Part shown: positions 14,722 to 29,580 of the stretch, piece after piece
Position numbering within the stretch: position 1 is the first letter of the stretch
Layout of the letters: the number at the start of each line of letters is the position of its first letter
Source: Eledone cirrhosa
Lineage: Eukaryota
DNA length: 64,000 nucleotides
Assembly (NCBI GenBank): GCA_964016885.1
Contig: OZ024748.1
Location: forward strand, 56,606,001 to 56,670,000
Reading direction: 5' to 3'
Program-made: the position numbers and the translations under genes
Notes under the pieces: model-generated
What the model was told of the DNA's origin: nothing
Database searches by the model: none
The model's input: the letters and a program-made list of their open reading frames with translations, nothing else

Positions 14722-15160
14722 ATTGATTGTGTATGATTTGACAAGTTAATAGTATTCAAGAGTGAGAATCGACATTCCTTCGAAATCTTCTTCGTACCAT
14801 TATTTGCAATTTAGATTTAGTTACGAAAAACAAGGCTTGCTGAATAGATAGCAAGTCAATCTACAAGAGTATTTCATTGTTTCGCATTCGCATCGTATAT
14901 TACGAGAACAATGTTCCATCCGTGAAAAGAATCCCTGCTTAATATATAAGATGATAGTGGATACTTTAGGCTACTACATACTAATATGTACAATCAGCAG
15001 TTATATGTTGGTTCTGATTAAATGAAAATTAGGTGTGAGGATAAATTTGGCTTAGTGTTTATGGTGGTTGGTTCTGAATCGTAAGTTTATAAGTTCAATT
15101 TCCTGCGGCACGCTCTGTATTTAGAGTGGCATATTCCGGTTGTTTCAGAGTTGGTAATAA

Positions 15161-15340
15161 TTGTTTCTACTTTAGGCACAAAGCCAGCAATTACCCACTA
15201 CATTACTGGTACTTTATTTTATCGACCCCGTAAGGATGAAAGGCAAAGTTAACCTCGGTGGGATTTGAACTCAGACCGCAAAAGGACGTCACTATGCTAG
15301 AAAGCATGGCGTCCGACCCTCTACCGATACTGCCAATCCA
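15161..15340 (-). mobile_element. tRNA-derived SINE, near full length
   Basis: Reverse complement has A-box tggcagtatcgg, B-box gagttcaaatccc and core gcctttcatccttacggggtcgataaaataaagtaccag. Confidence 0.85.
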
Positions 15341-16254
15341 CAATGAATTTTACCTACTATACCAGCCGTCACAAATTCTAGCAAAGTAAATCTCACTGAA
15401 CGCTGCGAAATTAAAATACATGTTTTTTTAATGTTCAGTCACTTGCAAGATAATTTCATGTGAAAGCTGTTCCGATTTTCAAACAAGCAGAACACTTCGA
15501 CAGAAAATATGGATATCCAACACATACAAACATATTCATACATTAACATACACACACACAGACACAGAACAGGCACACATACAAAACACTCACACACAAA
15601 CATCAATTGACTCTCTACTTCTGAGTAGTAAATTAAGTGTTCTAAGTAAATGATATTCAGCTGTCAGATTGATCAATGAAATTTCCAGGGAAAAATATAG
15701 TGCTATATAATATTGACATACAAGTAGTGTATCTATACAACCAGGTTCATATATTGCAATTCGCAACTAAAATGTAATGTAAACGTTTATTAAGAAAACA
15801 ATTGAGTTCCATGTACTAGAAGGAATTTAGGTACACAATAATAATATTTCCAACCCGAACAATTGCGTTAAAAGACAGCACATTCATCACGTTTTATATA
15901 TATATATTTTCATTTAATTTTCAGCTCATTCCGTGGGCAAGTAATTCATTTTAATGTTCCGAACGAAATTATGAAATATGTCTTTAATTTAAACGGATTT
16001 CTTTTTAAATTACATCATTATAAACGATAACTACTTCCTATAAACTATTAAAAATTTGTGCCAAATTATATTTCAAATGAAAAAGTTTCGGAAACAATAT
16101 GCGAAGATATATTGAAATTGTCAATTATTGTATATCCCTATAAAAGTTTATTCGTTTAAAAACAGAGTATAGAGGAGAGAAATTAATATAGTGTGTGTGT
16201 GTGTAACTATACATACATATTCATATATATATAAGTGTATGCACACACACAGAC

Positions 16255-16285
<31 letters not shown>

Positions 16286-17079
16286 ACATACACATACAAG
16301 TATATATATACACGTACATATATACACGTACATGTATGTATGTATGTATGTATGTACATATAATGTGCTTTTTTGTACAACACCTGCTTTATAACGTCAT
16401 AAACATAACATCCAATACAAACACGGACATACATATACGTTAGACACATACACGAAGAATCCGAGTTCATTTCCCTCCGGACTCCTCTGTCCATATATAA
16501 ATCTAGGTTTAATTTGATGATTGCCTTAAACTTTGATTTTAGTGGTTAATTATTATCATGATTACCTGCTTTAGAATACACATGTCTCAAATTTCAAATT
16601 TCTCCAATGCTTTTAAGTCTTCCTAAATTCAACAACACTCATCACACACACACACACACACACATACACACACATATATATGTATAAACTGAGGAGTGAG
16701 AGTGGGGCAAGGAGGGATAGAGGGGGTAAACAGAGGAGCAGTGAGAAGGAAAGTTTGATAGATAGGTGAAGAATTTTAGATAAGGTATATATATATATCC
16801 AATATTCATAGAACATGATCCTCAGAGATGTTGACAAGATTCTTTCTGAGGTGCCCCACGCGGATTCACTTCGATAATGGATGGAATATCCAAAATATGT
16901 TGGATCATTAAAATCGCTAAGGTAAATTTCTATCGTCCACACTCTTTTAATTTAGTTCTTTTTTCTTCTATCTATCTCCTCAAATACGTACTTTCCCGGC
17001 ACCTGTACCTGTCACGCATTGTCGAGCTTTCAAACAACCAAACTTGTTTCCTAATCGTATTTATGACACACACACACGC

Positions 17080-17151
<72 letters not shown>

Positions 17152-17232
17152 AAACGTGTTTACAACATGGTATTTAATACATTAACTTACAGATCACTTA
17201 ATATAATAATAGAACACTCTCTACACATTTTC

Positions 17233-17284
<52 letters not shown>

Positions 17285-17331
<47 letters not shown>

Positions 17332-17845
17332 AAGAGATAGAGAAAGAGAGATAGAGAGAGAGAAACAGAGATAGAGAAGGAGAGAAAGAGAGAAAGAGAG
17401 AGTGAGAAAGATAGAGAGAGAAAGAGATAAAGAGAAAGAGAGAAAGAGATAAAGAGAAAGAGAGAAAGAGAGCGAGAGAGAGAGAGAAAGAGAGAAAGAG
17501 AGAGCGAGAGAGAGAGTGTGAGAGAGAGAGTGAGAGAGAGAGAGAGAGTGAGAGAGAGAGTGAGAGAGAGAGAGTGAGAGAGAGAGAGTGAGAGAGAGAG
17601 AGAGTGAGAGAGAGAGAGTGAGAGAGAGTGAGAGAGAGAGAGTGAGAGAGAGAGAGTGAGAGAGAGAGAGTGAGATAGAGAGAGTGGGTGAGAGAGAGTG
17701 GGTGAGAGAGAGAGAGAGTGAGAGAGAGTGGGTGAGAGAGAGAGAGAGCGAGAGAGAGTGGGTGAGAGAGAGAGAGAGCGAGAGAGAGAGTGAGAGAGAG
17801 AGCGAGAGAGAGAGAGAGCGAGAGAGCGAGAGAGCGATAGAGCAA
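17285..17845. repeat. (AG)n-derived purine-rich tract
   Basis: GAGA/GAGT/GAGC variants for about 560 bp. Confidence 0.95.
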
Positions 17846-17857
17846 GATAGGTCTAAA

Positions 17858-17970
17858 TAATTGTTTCTACTTTTGGGACAAGATCAGCAAATACTCAGTA
17901 CATTACTGGTACTTTATTTTATCGACCCCGTAATGATGAAAGACAAAGTTAACCTCGGCGGGATTTGAAC
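17858..17970 (-). mobile_element. 5'-truncated SINE of the same family
   Basis: cattactggtactttattttatcgaccccg...ggatttgaac matches 15161-15340. Confidence 0.8.
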
Positions 17971-17994
17971 AGTTAGGTCTTATTAATCTTTGAT

Positions 17995-18815
17995 AGGTGC
18001 ATACATAGATAGGTTTCTATACATAGATAGATACGTAGATAGATAGATACATACATAGATAGGTACATACATAGATAGGTACATACATAGATAGGTACAT
18101 ACATAGATAGGTACATACATAGATAGATACATACATAGATAGATACATACATAGATAGATACATACATAGATAGGTACATACATAGATAGATACATACAT
18201 AGATAGATACATACATAGATAGATACATACATAGATAGATACATACATAGATAGATACATACATAGATAGATACATACATAGATAGATACATACATAGAT
18301 AGATACATACATAGATAGGTACATACATAGATAGGTACATACATAGATAGGTACATACATAGATAGATACATACATAGATAGATACATACATAGATAGGT
18401 ACATACAGAGATAGGTACATACAGAGATAGGTACATACATGGATAGGTACATACATAGATAGATACATACATAGATAGATACGTAGATAGATAGGTACAT
18501 ACATAGATAGATAGATACATAGATAGATACGTAGATAGATAGGTACATACATAGATAGGTACATACATAGATAGGTACATACATAGATAGGTACATACAT
18601 AGATAGGTACATACATAGATAGATACATACATAGATAGATACATACATAGATAGATACATACATAGATAGGTACATACATAGATAGTTACATACATAGAT
18701 AGATAGATAAGTAGATAGATAGGTACATACATAGATAGGTACATACATAGATAGATACATACATAGATAGGTACATACATAGATAGATACATACATAGAT
18801 AGATACGTAGATAGA
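17995..18815. repeat. 16-bp minisatellite ACATAGATAG(A/G)TACAT
   Basis: Tandem 16-mer built from TAGA/TACA tetramers. Confidence 0.9.
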
Positions 18816-19057
18816 TTTTGAAGGAACGCCAGCAGTGATGGAATTTTGTGTTTGAGATAATTGAAATAATTAGAAAACTTTGTGTCTAATGTCTGTATAG
18901 ATCAGATGAGAATGAAAAAAAGATTTTATTTAAGAAATGTCTTAAGTTGAAGCTTTCTTTTGTTTTTGTTTTTGTTCCGATCTACATTATTATACTTATT
19001 GTTTTCTCTTTAGCTTTTGTTCAACATTTCCTTTACGTCATTTGGTCTTTCTATTTT

Positions 19058-19627
19058 GTATATATAAATATATATATAAATACATACATATCTATATATA
19101 TATATACACATACATATATATATATATATACACATACATATATATATATATATATACACATACATATATATATATATACACATACATATATATATATATA
19201 CACATAAATATATAAATATATACACATACATATATATATATATACACATAAATATATAAATATATACACATAAATATATAAATATATACACATAAATATA
19301 TATATATACACATACATATATATATATATACACATACATATATATATATACACATACATATATATATATATACACATACATATATATATATATATACACA
19401 TACATATATATATACATACACATACATATACATACATACATACATTCATATATATATACACATACATATACATACATACATACATTCATATATATATACA
19501 CATACATATATATACACATACATATATATACACATACATACATATACACATACATACATATACACATACATACATATATACACATACATACATATATATA
19601 TAGATACACATACATATATATATACAC

Positions 19628-19660
<33 letters not shown>

Positions 19661-19740
19661 CACATACATATATATACATACACATACATATATATACATA
19701 CACATACATATATACATACACATACATATATACATACACA

Positions 19741-19772
<32 letters not shown>

Positions 19773-19985
19773 CATACATACATACATATACATACATACA
19801 TATATATATATACATACATATATATATATACATACATATATATATATACATACATACATACATACACATACATATATATATACATACATATATATATATA
19901 CATACATACATACATATACATACATACATATATATACATACATACATATATATATATATATACATACATATATATATATACATAC

Positions 19986-20020
<35 letters not shown>

Positions 20021-21157
20021 CATACATACATATACATACATACATATGGTGGCTGCCAACTCGTTTTCGAGTACGGCCACTACTTTACATCCATGTAGGA
20101 GAACCCCTACCGAAGCGCTGAACGAGTGTGACTTTTTAGTCCAGCCAGCGACTTGAAAACTCTGGTACAAACACTACACCTGTGACAATTATTGACACAT
20201 AGTGCTGGGCCCATGGTACCATGTGAGGACAAGTGCAGAGAGATCTCCAGATACAAAGCAATGCCTGTGCCGTGAAGCTTTTATAGTGAGCAAAGGCACT
20301 GCACAAAGCCAGTCCCACTCTCTTAACCAAGATGATATTTACCAAAAAGAAGAACAAGTCAACATCATTGGATACCATCAGGGTTGCAGGTGTTATATCA
20401 GAGTTTTCCTTCTCCTAGAATTCTGCCTTGACAAAGGCTAAGGGGTCATCTCTCCCGGTGATTTTGGATGGCCATTGACTTTTAAGAGCTCCTTTGCCCT
20501 TATATATATATACATACATACATATATATATATATATACATACATATATATATATATATACATACATATATATATATATATACATACATATATATATATA
20601 TATACATACATATATATATACATATATATACATACATATATATATACATATATATATATATATACATATATACATATATACATACACATATATATATACC
20701 TACATATATACATATATACATACATATACATATATATACATACATACATATATACATACATATATACATATACATACATATACATATATATACATACACA
20801 TATATATACATACATATACATATATATACATACATATATATATATATATATATACTTACATTATATAGATATACATATACGTATATATATATATATATAT
20901 ACATATATATATACATATACATACATATATATATACTTATACATACATATATATGTATATATGTATGTATATATATATATGTATGTATATATATATATGT
21001 ATGTATATATATATGTGTATGTATATATATATGTGTATGTATATATGTATATGTATATATATATGGATGTATGTGTATATACATATATGTATATATATAT
21101 CTGTATGTATGTGTATATATATATATATGTATATATATATACATATATGTATATATA

Positions 21158-21190
<33 letters not shown>

Positions 21191-21201
21191 GTGTGTATAT
21201 A

Positions 21202-21238
<37 letters not shown>

Positions 21239-21818
21239 GTATGTATATGTATATATATATTTATGTATATGTATATATATGTATCTATATGTATATATAT
21301 ATGTATGTGTATATATATGTAAATATATATATATATACATATATGTATATATATATATATATACATATATGTATATATATATATACATATATGTATATAT
21401 ATATATACATATATGTATATATATATATACATATATGTATATATATACATATATGTATATATATACATATATGTATATATATATACATATATATCTATAT
21501 ATATATACATATATAATATACATATATATATAATATACATATATATATATAATATACATATAATATACATATATATATATATAATATACATATATATATA
21601 TAATATACATATATATATATAATATACATATTTATATATTATATATACATATATATACCTATATATACAGATATATATATACATATATATATATATATAT
21701 GTATGTATATGTATATATATACATAGATATATATATATATACATATATAAGTTTACATAAATATATATATGTATGTATATATATATATATTACATACATA
21801 TACATATTACATACATAT

Positions 21819-21857
<39 letters not shown>

Positions 21858-21873
21858 ATATATGCGTGTGTGA

Positions 21874-21928
<55 letters not shown>

Positions 21929-21940
21929 TATATATATGTT
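19058..21940. repeat. Large compound (TA)n/(TACA)n/(TATG)n array, interrupted by an RTE derivative
   Basis: Direct inspection. Confidence 0.95.
20047..20501 (-). mobile_element. Internally deleted non-autonomous RTE derivative, copy 1
   Basis: RTE-5'UTR-like ctaggagaaggaaaactctga, zinc-finger remnant [17 protein letters not shown], terminal stem-loop; 358 bp colinear with 59063-59420. Confidence 0.7.
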
Positions 21941-24900
21941 TGTGGGTATGTATGTGTATTTATGTGAGACTGAGTATATGAGTGTGTGTATATATGTGTG
22001 TTCATGTGGGATTCATTTTTTTTTTTTTTCATTTTTAATCACTAGTGAATGTTGACCCTCAAAACTTGCGTGATAATTCAAATTGAATTGGAAACCACAA
22101 AATAATGGACATTGTAAAACTCATTGAATAAGAAGTCGTACGATTACGTACTCTGATAGTTAAGATCTTTCGTCTGGCTTCTTTCACATTTGACAGAGAA
22201 TTAAGAATGAATTTAACTTTTTCCTTTATATTTGTTTACATTTTTTTTTCACTTTTTAACCAATCAATGTGAGGCATAATATTGGTTTCTTTTTAACAAC
22301 TCACCTCATATACCCTGTGTTTTAGAGGGAGTGGGATGTAGGATAGAAATTATAAGTTGAGATGTTGTAGGAAATTCCTTGGAGGCATTAGTGTTGCACA
22401 AGTGAGCTGGAATTGTTTTTAACCGTGAAGCGAAACCGTGTTGTGGTTAGATTTACAAAAATGTCTCCTGGCATAATATCGATTTCTCTGATTGACACGT
22501 TAATTTCAAATTTCGTGTGAAAAGAAATAGTACGTACATCGTATCAATCTCAACACATAGTTAGTAGATAATATTTCAACTCTTGAGTATGTATGACAGT
22601 TGAATAAAACAAAAGCTGTAATCAGTATATACATTTGACAAAGTCGTTGGTGTGTCGGTGGTCGAAATGTCACGGCTGTATTTGCTCCGCTTCATTACGA
22701 TCTTGTTTCAAATCTCGCGAAGTTCAACTTTACCTTTCTTTCTTACAGCTTTATGAAATAAAGCGTCGGTGGTCATTTTCATCAAATTTGTCCACCCTAA
22801 CGTTGACAGAATTGTGTCTCAATTGGAATCTTTTGATAACGATGATGATTACATTTAGTCATTCACGTCATTCAAATCTAAAATAAAAGACATCCTTGCC
22901 TAGAAAATCCTTTCGGTTTAAGGATATCCTGGAAGTGCTTTTCTAATTTCATTTGAGGATGATCGTGTATGACCTGAAATAGATTATATTGCTCTTTCTA
23001 GGAGGATCAAGTGACGCAAATGTCAAAAAGTACATATTTGCCATTCTTCCATTTGGAGTCGAGAAATAAACTTTCTCTCTTGAAATTATCCTGGTTCTTT
23101 TTTGATACATACCTCTCTTGACGTGATCGGTGATGGACAGCCAGGGAATTCCATGGGGTCCACCATATTTAATTGGTCACGCCACGTAGCATCTATGTTA
23201 CGACATCAATAATAATGACTGTTACTTGAGTTGATATCACGGGTAAATAAGTAAGTAAAAAAGGAATAAATGAATGAATTTAGGTTGGAAATAGAGATGA
23301 ATTTAGGTTGGAAATAGAGATGAATTTAATGGAAGGAAGAAAGGAGGTTAGGAATATATAAAGATGTCGTTGGTGAAATAAGATAAAGATGCAATCCAAG
23401 GGGAATTTGAAATCGGTCATACCCTTAGCTCAATGCAGACCTCTTTGCTGAGACCCAGATTGTTAATATTGGTGATAAGTATAGAATAACGTGAGTGAAA
23501 GTGAAAGATAATAGATATGTTGGAAGTCTAATATTGCAAATTGTATGTTTAATGCCAGCAACATGAAGAAAATCTGGAACACTTTCAGTTCCTCATCTTA
23601 GCTAGGTTTGAAAACAAGTGAGAGCGGCTCTATTGTTATCCGTACCAGTTACACACGCCAAGTTAGTTATCAGCAAACAGCCTGGAATGAAATTCTAGTA
23701 TATATGTGAGGAATTCAAGACCACGCCTAACATATTAAGTGTTTCAGGCACCGCTGTTCATTCTGCATCTGTTTCCATATAGTTTAACATCAGAGACAAA
23801 CTCTTTGAACCCGTACTTTATTTTAATCCACCTCATTCTTTCTCTATCCTTTCACCTATGTCTTGTCTCTGAGATGACACCCCTGAGATGATATCAATGT
23901 TGAATGTAACATTTCAAGTGAAACAAACAATCATTTGATGCGGCAACTGTTTACTTCACACCTAATGAACATAACGAAACTGTTCTATATAGAAGAGGAG
24001 AATATATATTTCACATCTAAGAGCCATTAACAGTAACGCGTATACTAGTATAAGGCTTTGAACTAGGTAATACATTTACATTAATTAAAATTATACTCGT
24101 AGTGATCAGAAACATTAGTATTTAAAAAAGCAGTAGTGAATGGTTCGTGGTTGTAGCAGTGTGGCAAAATTTCCAAGCATGCTTCGGTGCTATTTGATCG
24201 CATCAGTGAAGCAGTCATCGTTATTCAAAGATCTTAAATGGAATATTCTTATCTCTTTAACTAGGAAACTGCGAATTGAAACTGAAGGAATTCCATCACA
24301 GAACAGTCATTTTAGCAATCAAAAACAAATAAAATATTTTAAAATCCCTTTAAATGTATCATGTATATCGCGGTGTCAATTGTTTGCTGTACATATCTCG
24401 AGTAATTGGCGAACATTATATAGAACAGTTTAATGTAGGGAAATTTCATAACAAAACGTTAATAACATCTATTTAAGCCAACGTTGGACGTTAGCTTAAA
24501 TAGATGTTTTAAGCTATAAACTCTTTAATGCAATTTTAATTAATTAATATGTTTCGGCATACTATATCAATTAAGTTAGAACCCACATTACTTATTATGT
24601 ATTCATACAGCATGGGTCCACAGCTAATTTACAACAGTCATGATTAAACAGTCATTTGCTTGACATTAGAATCCACGGAACCTATTTGTCAAACGCCAGG
24701 TTTCTCTAGTAAACTACATCTGTTTGTGGTCATCTGTGTCCTGCAGTGCAATAGCTATTTTTCATTCGCTGAGTCCACAGAGCTCTAAATAGATTCAATA
24801 AAGAGACATGTTCAACTTGCGGAACACAAACTGAGATAGATATTTTTGCATAGTATACGAGGTCTCCATTTAGTTCTAAATGTTACAATAAAAAGTTGCT

Positions 24901-25419
24901 TAAGCGACGGAACGGATGAATGACACATTCGATAGAATGCTTTAACATATTCCTTATTGTGGTTCAAAACAGTTAGACTCTGAGATTCAACACCACATTG
25001 ATCCAATTATTCTTACTTTATGTCAACTTCCATGAATTGAGTTGACGAAGTAAATAAAGTAGCATATTAGATCTCCTAGTAGGAGTCACGTGACCTAGGT
25101 GTGGGTGTGTCAGTGTGTGCATGTGTACAGAAACAAACATTCTATGTATTCCCCCAAATGATGTATCCAATGGCCCTTCATGCGAAACATAAATACCCAT
25201 CATTGATCTCATTGCCCTCCTCCTCCCACCTTATTTAATAATTACCCCAAAGGCTACAGAAGGACGAAACCTTTTCGCCACAAATTTACTCATACTGCAG
25301 ATATAAACAACCAATTGTGCTCCCTGTAATAACGCTACCATATGTTATATATACACACAGACATTGGTCCACCTTTACGTACACACACACGTATACACAA
25401 AGAAAGAATATATATATCA

Positions 25420-25467
<48 letters not shown>

Positions 25468-26428
25468 GTTTGTGTTTGTGTTTATGCATTTTACATTTAA
25501 TAACATCATTCAGACTGATAATTGAAAAAAGATAAAAGTTAAACTCCATTAATACTTCTGCTATATTCACCTTATAAACTGTCACTAAGAATTGAAACTA
25601 TAAATCATTAGACGGCTGTTTGATTTCTATGTTGTTTCTCATTTGTTTTTGATTTTGTTTTTCAATCACCGAATCACCCATGTTTTACTTGAACCGTTCA
25701 TTATTGATCTCGTCTCATTTCACTCTGATCTGCACCAATTAGGCAGGCATCGATAACAATCAACTTCGCCATTTACCAATTTCATTAAACGTCTTGATTA
25801 ATTTAGCAAATTTATCAATAATGATTATCCGCCGAACAGCTTTCATTACGTGCGCATATATACATATGTAGTGTATGTTTATGTTTGCGCGTATATGTAT
25901 GTGGTGTATATGTTTTAATGTGTGTATAATAATAGTGATGAAAGAAATGTACACAATCTCACAATCTTCAACGTATAAACACAATCACATACACTTACGC
26001 TCACGCACACAGCTATACACGTATATACATATGTATATTTATACATATATATATACATATGTGTGTGTGTATGTATGTATGTATATATGTGTGTGTGTAT
26101 GTCTGACAAACTTATGGACATGTATAAAGCAGACAAATATCCATATCCATATACATCCATACGTATATATATATACACAAACACCACTACAGTCATATAT
26201 ATATATATACTAACAAACTCTCGAACATAAACACTAAAATATAGACACAATCAAAGATGCATACTCATATACACATAACCAAAACTCCTCATACACGTTT
26301 ACAGTTGTACACATATATACGCATTATATACACAAAATATTATCACTGCACACTAGGTTCATTTTAATTATTAAGACATCTTTCCTTAGGGCTATCTCTT
26401 ACCTCAAACTATCTCTTATTTCCATCCT

Positions 26429-26471
<43 letters not shown>

Positions 26472-27529
26472 TTCCTTTCCTCTCTCTCTATCACTCACTG
26501 CCCTATTATCTACAATTTCTATTATCCACGTAACAATATTTTTTGTGCATTTCGCCCATTTAGATACGGTCTCGCTCTCCTATATATATATATATATATA
26601 TACCAACTTAGTTAACGATGTCTCTCCTTCTAGGCTTCACTCCATGCATATTCCATTTCTCTCTATTTCTATAATTTGCATTCACGATGCACTAAACTCA
26701 ACACACATTTTTTTTTAAATTCATTATTTGTTCATGTATGTCTATATTCATTTCTCTCCCTCTTTCCATATCTCATTCAAACGCTTTCTTGCTGGATCTC
26801 AAATACTTCCACTCTTCTTTTTGTATTTGTATTAATTATTATCATCTTTACAAGAGACCACGTCTTCTACATCTTCATTTAGCCATCATCATTAACTGAT
26901 ATTTTATTCTCTCCTCATTTACCTCTTTGCTATTTTCTTCTCGTTAAACCTTCCCCTCATGACCTATGTCAGATTTTCCTCTTTCCCGTCTTACACTTAA
27001 AGCCCCCCATATATATGTGAAGCGGACTGCATCCGTCACAGTGAGAAACGTACGGCAAGAAATATTCTAAATTAAACTGGGCTGATATATAGCTCCATAC
27101 AATAAAAAAATAATTCACAAATATCACGATACACAATTAATCATTAACACAAACATAGAGACACCCTTAATGGCACGCTCTTATTAGTAAATAGCAATAT
27201 ATACAATATAGGGAAATGTGATGAAAACTTTCTTTTGTAAATCCCAAAGCATTTGACATCAATTCGAAGATCGAATGAACAGGCGTATAGCTGGAGGATC
27301 CGTCAATATAATTGTACATATACTTTGTATAATGTTCCAGTCTCCACACAGCGAGGTTGTAAATGCGCAAACAATCAGACAAATGTATATTGTGTTGACT
27401 TATAAAAGGATAAGTATAAAGATCACATAACCCCTTGTCGAGTCGTAGAGGCACCGGCGCATGGCGTATCTAGGGCATATTTCAACCTCGTGGAACCCAA
27501 TCCAGATCTGAAAATAACCAATTTTTTTT

Positions 27530-27690
27530 TAAAGAGGAAGAATCGACCTCAGTACTGGATTGGTACTTTTTATCGAAATGATTAAAGGCAAAGATGACTT
27601 CGGCGCGATTTGAACACAGATTTCGCAAAGACGTGGGACGAATACCTTACAGCATTCTATCCGACACCTTAATGACTCTACCAAATGTTG
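27530..27690 (-). mobile_element. tRNA-derived SINE, degenerate
   Basis: tggtactttttatcgaaatgattaaaggcaaagatgacttcggcgcgatttgaac homologous to the family core. Confidence 0.65.
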
Positions 27691-27789
27691 ACACACACAC
27701 ACACACGCGCACTCACACACACACACACCACACATACACACCACACATACACACACACACATATATAAATATATATGCGTTCATGTGTA

Positions 27790-27968
27790 AATACCGGAGT
27801 TGTTTCGAAGTTAACCACAGTTAAAAAAGGTACTCAATACCTTGATTGAGTATAGGCATAATTGTTATATAGAGAATTTACTTCTAGATTATGAAACCTT
27901 CGAGAATGTTCCTGCTAAATTCATACGAACGGAACAGTTCTAGTCATGTGGAAATTATTTCTATAAAT
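27790..27968. mobile_element. Degenerate HHR module related to 46526-46790
   Basis: Shares gtactcaatac (27830-27840); ttc-ctgctaa-...-ggaacagttctagtcatgtg-gaa (27909-27953) aligns to the 46660 HHR. Confidence 0.55.
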
Positions 27969-28291
27969 AATAAAGATATGTATACATATATACCCACACA
28001 CAGACGTGTGTGTGTCAGTGTATGTATGTAAGTAAATGTGAGTACATATTTCTGTGCCGAGTATACATATAAAAATATGTGTATATTAACATACACATGC
28101 ATACGTACACCCCATATTATATTGCTGAATGAATATATATATATATATATATATGCATGTCAAGTAAGTATGATATATGTACGAATTAATCTAAATACAT
28201 AATCATTTAGAGATCCATACATATTAGTAACACATCTTACATTTTTACGAGTACACACACACAGACACATATATATATGTTTAATATACAT

Positions 28292-28329
<38 letters not shown>

Positions 28330-29334
28330 TATATATATAAATATATGTTTAATATACATTATTATACATAAAGGTATATATATATATATATATATATACA
28401 CTTAGATGTAATATTCATATATATATATATAATGTACATGTATATATGAATATATATATATATATATATATACCCTTATGTATAATAATGCATCTTATAT
28501 ATATATATATATATATACTTAGATATAATATTCATATATATGTATATATATATAATGTACATGTGTATTTGAATATATATATATACCCTTATGTATAATA
28601 ATGCATCTTATATATATATATACATATATAAAAATACTGACTCATTTACAGCAACGCGCATTCACATACACAGTCACACAAACACTCACATAGACACGTA
28701 TACGTAGAAACGTAGATTAATATAATGAACATATAAACGTATGCACATACTTCTTTCTAATACTGATCAATCGATTTGTCGACCAGGGGCAGTTGTCTTC
28801 AATTAGGGAATCTAATTAAAAAGCGAGTGATTAATGTATCAGCCTAAAGAGTTGTCGATGTATCTATGTCGCCGTTATTAATTCAATCCAAATAGGAAGC
28901 GCCAGAATGAAGTCAGATTTATGGGAGTAGAATTAAGGTGATAAAACAAAAACACGTCCATTAACTTTTTATTAGCGCCTATGTGCAAGTCGATAGCATA
29001 ATGTTTTGCTTATTGCTAATTGAAACCTCAAGTCTTTATTAAGTCATATGATGGCAGATTCTTCGCGTACAAACATCAATGTGATGATGAGTATTTACCC
29101 GTTTGATCGACATAGAAGCTGCAATGATATAAGTAAGCTTTTTGTTGTAATATTTTCTGTCTGGCTATCACTCAACCTCTTTCACTATCCCTCTTTCTCT
29201 CTCTACATCATCCTACCTCTCACTACCTCACCTTTCCTCTCTCTCCCTGTACGTCTCGGTTTCGATTCTCAAGTAAGCAGTGTAGCCTAATTCTTATTAC
29301 AACTTAGGTTTTCCTTAATCGAGCACTTCATTTT

Positions 29335-29580
29335 CTTTTCCCTCTTATTGAGAGGATCTTAGGGGCAGAGTCCTCAAACACACATTCCAATGGGTTCCGT
29401 CAGAAGCAACCGTCTCGAATTGATGCAACCGGATCCTCAAACGAGACCAGCCGAGCTCCAGGATGTTATCCAAACATCTTGCTCAAGGTCTACCCTTGGG
29501 GCTTCTGCAGATTATTTTTGCTCGTAAAATCTGTTCATCGATTCTTTCCTGAGATATTCTAGCCATAAGCCGAAGTTATT
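29335..29580 (-). mobile_element. RTE-clade LINE 3' end remnant, second copy
   Basis: agtcctcaaacac...gaagcaaccgtctc...ggatgttatcca...ctttcctgaga colinear with 2170-2365. Confidence 0.7.

Noticed and set aside
17995-18815. Regular repeat resembling a CRISPR array
   Set aside because: No unique spacers and eukaryotic context; simple 16-bp minisatellite
22380-23200. Possible Tc1/IS630 transposase relic
   Set aside because: Only faint motif echoes; no readable frame or TIRs
23274-23327. 23-bp tandem duplication (similar short ones near 45840 and 56275)
   Set aside because: Ordinary local slippage with no further structure
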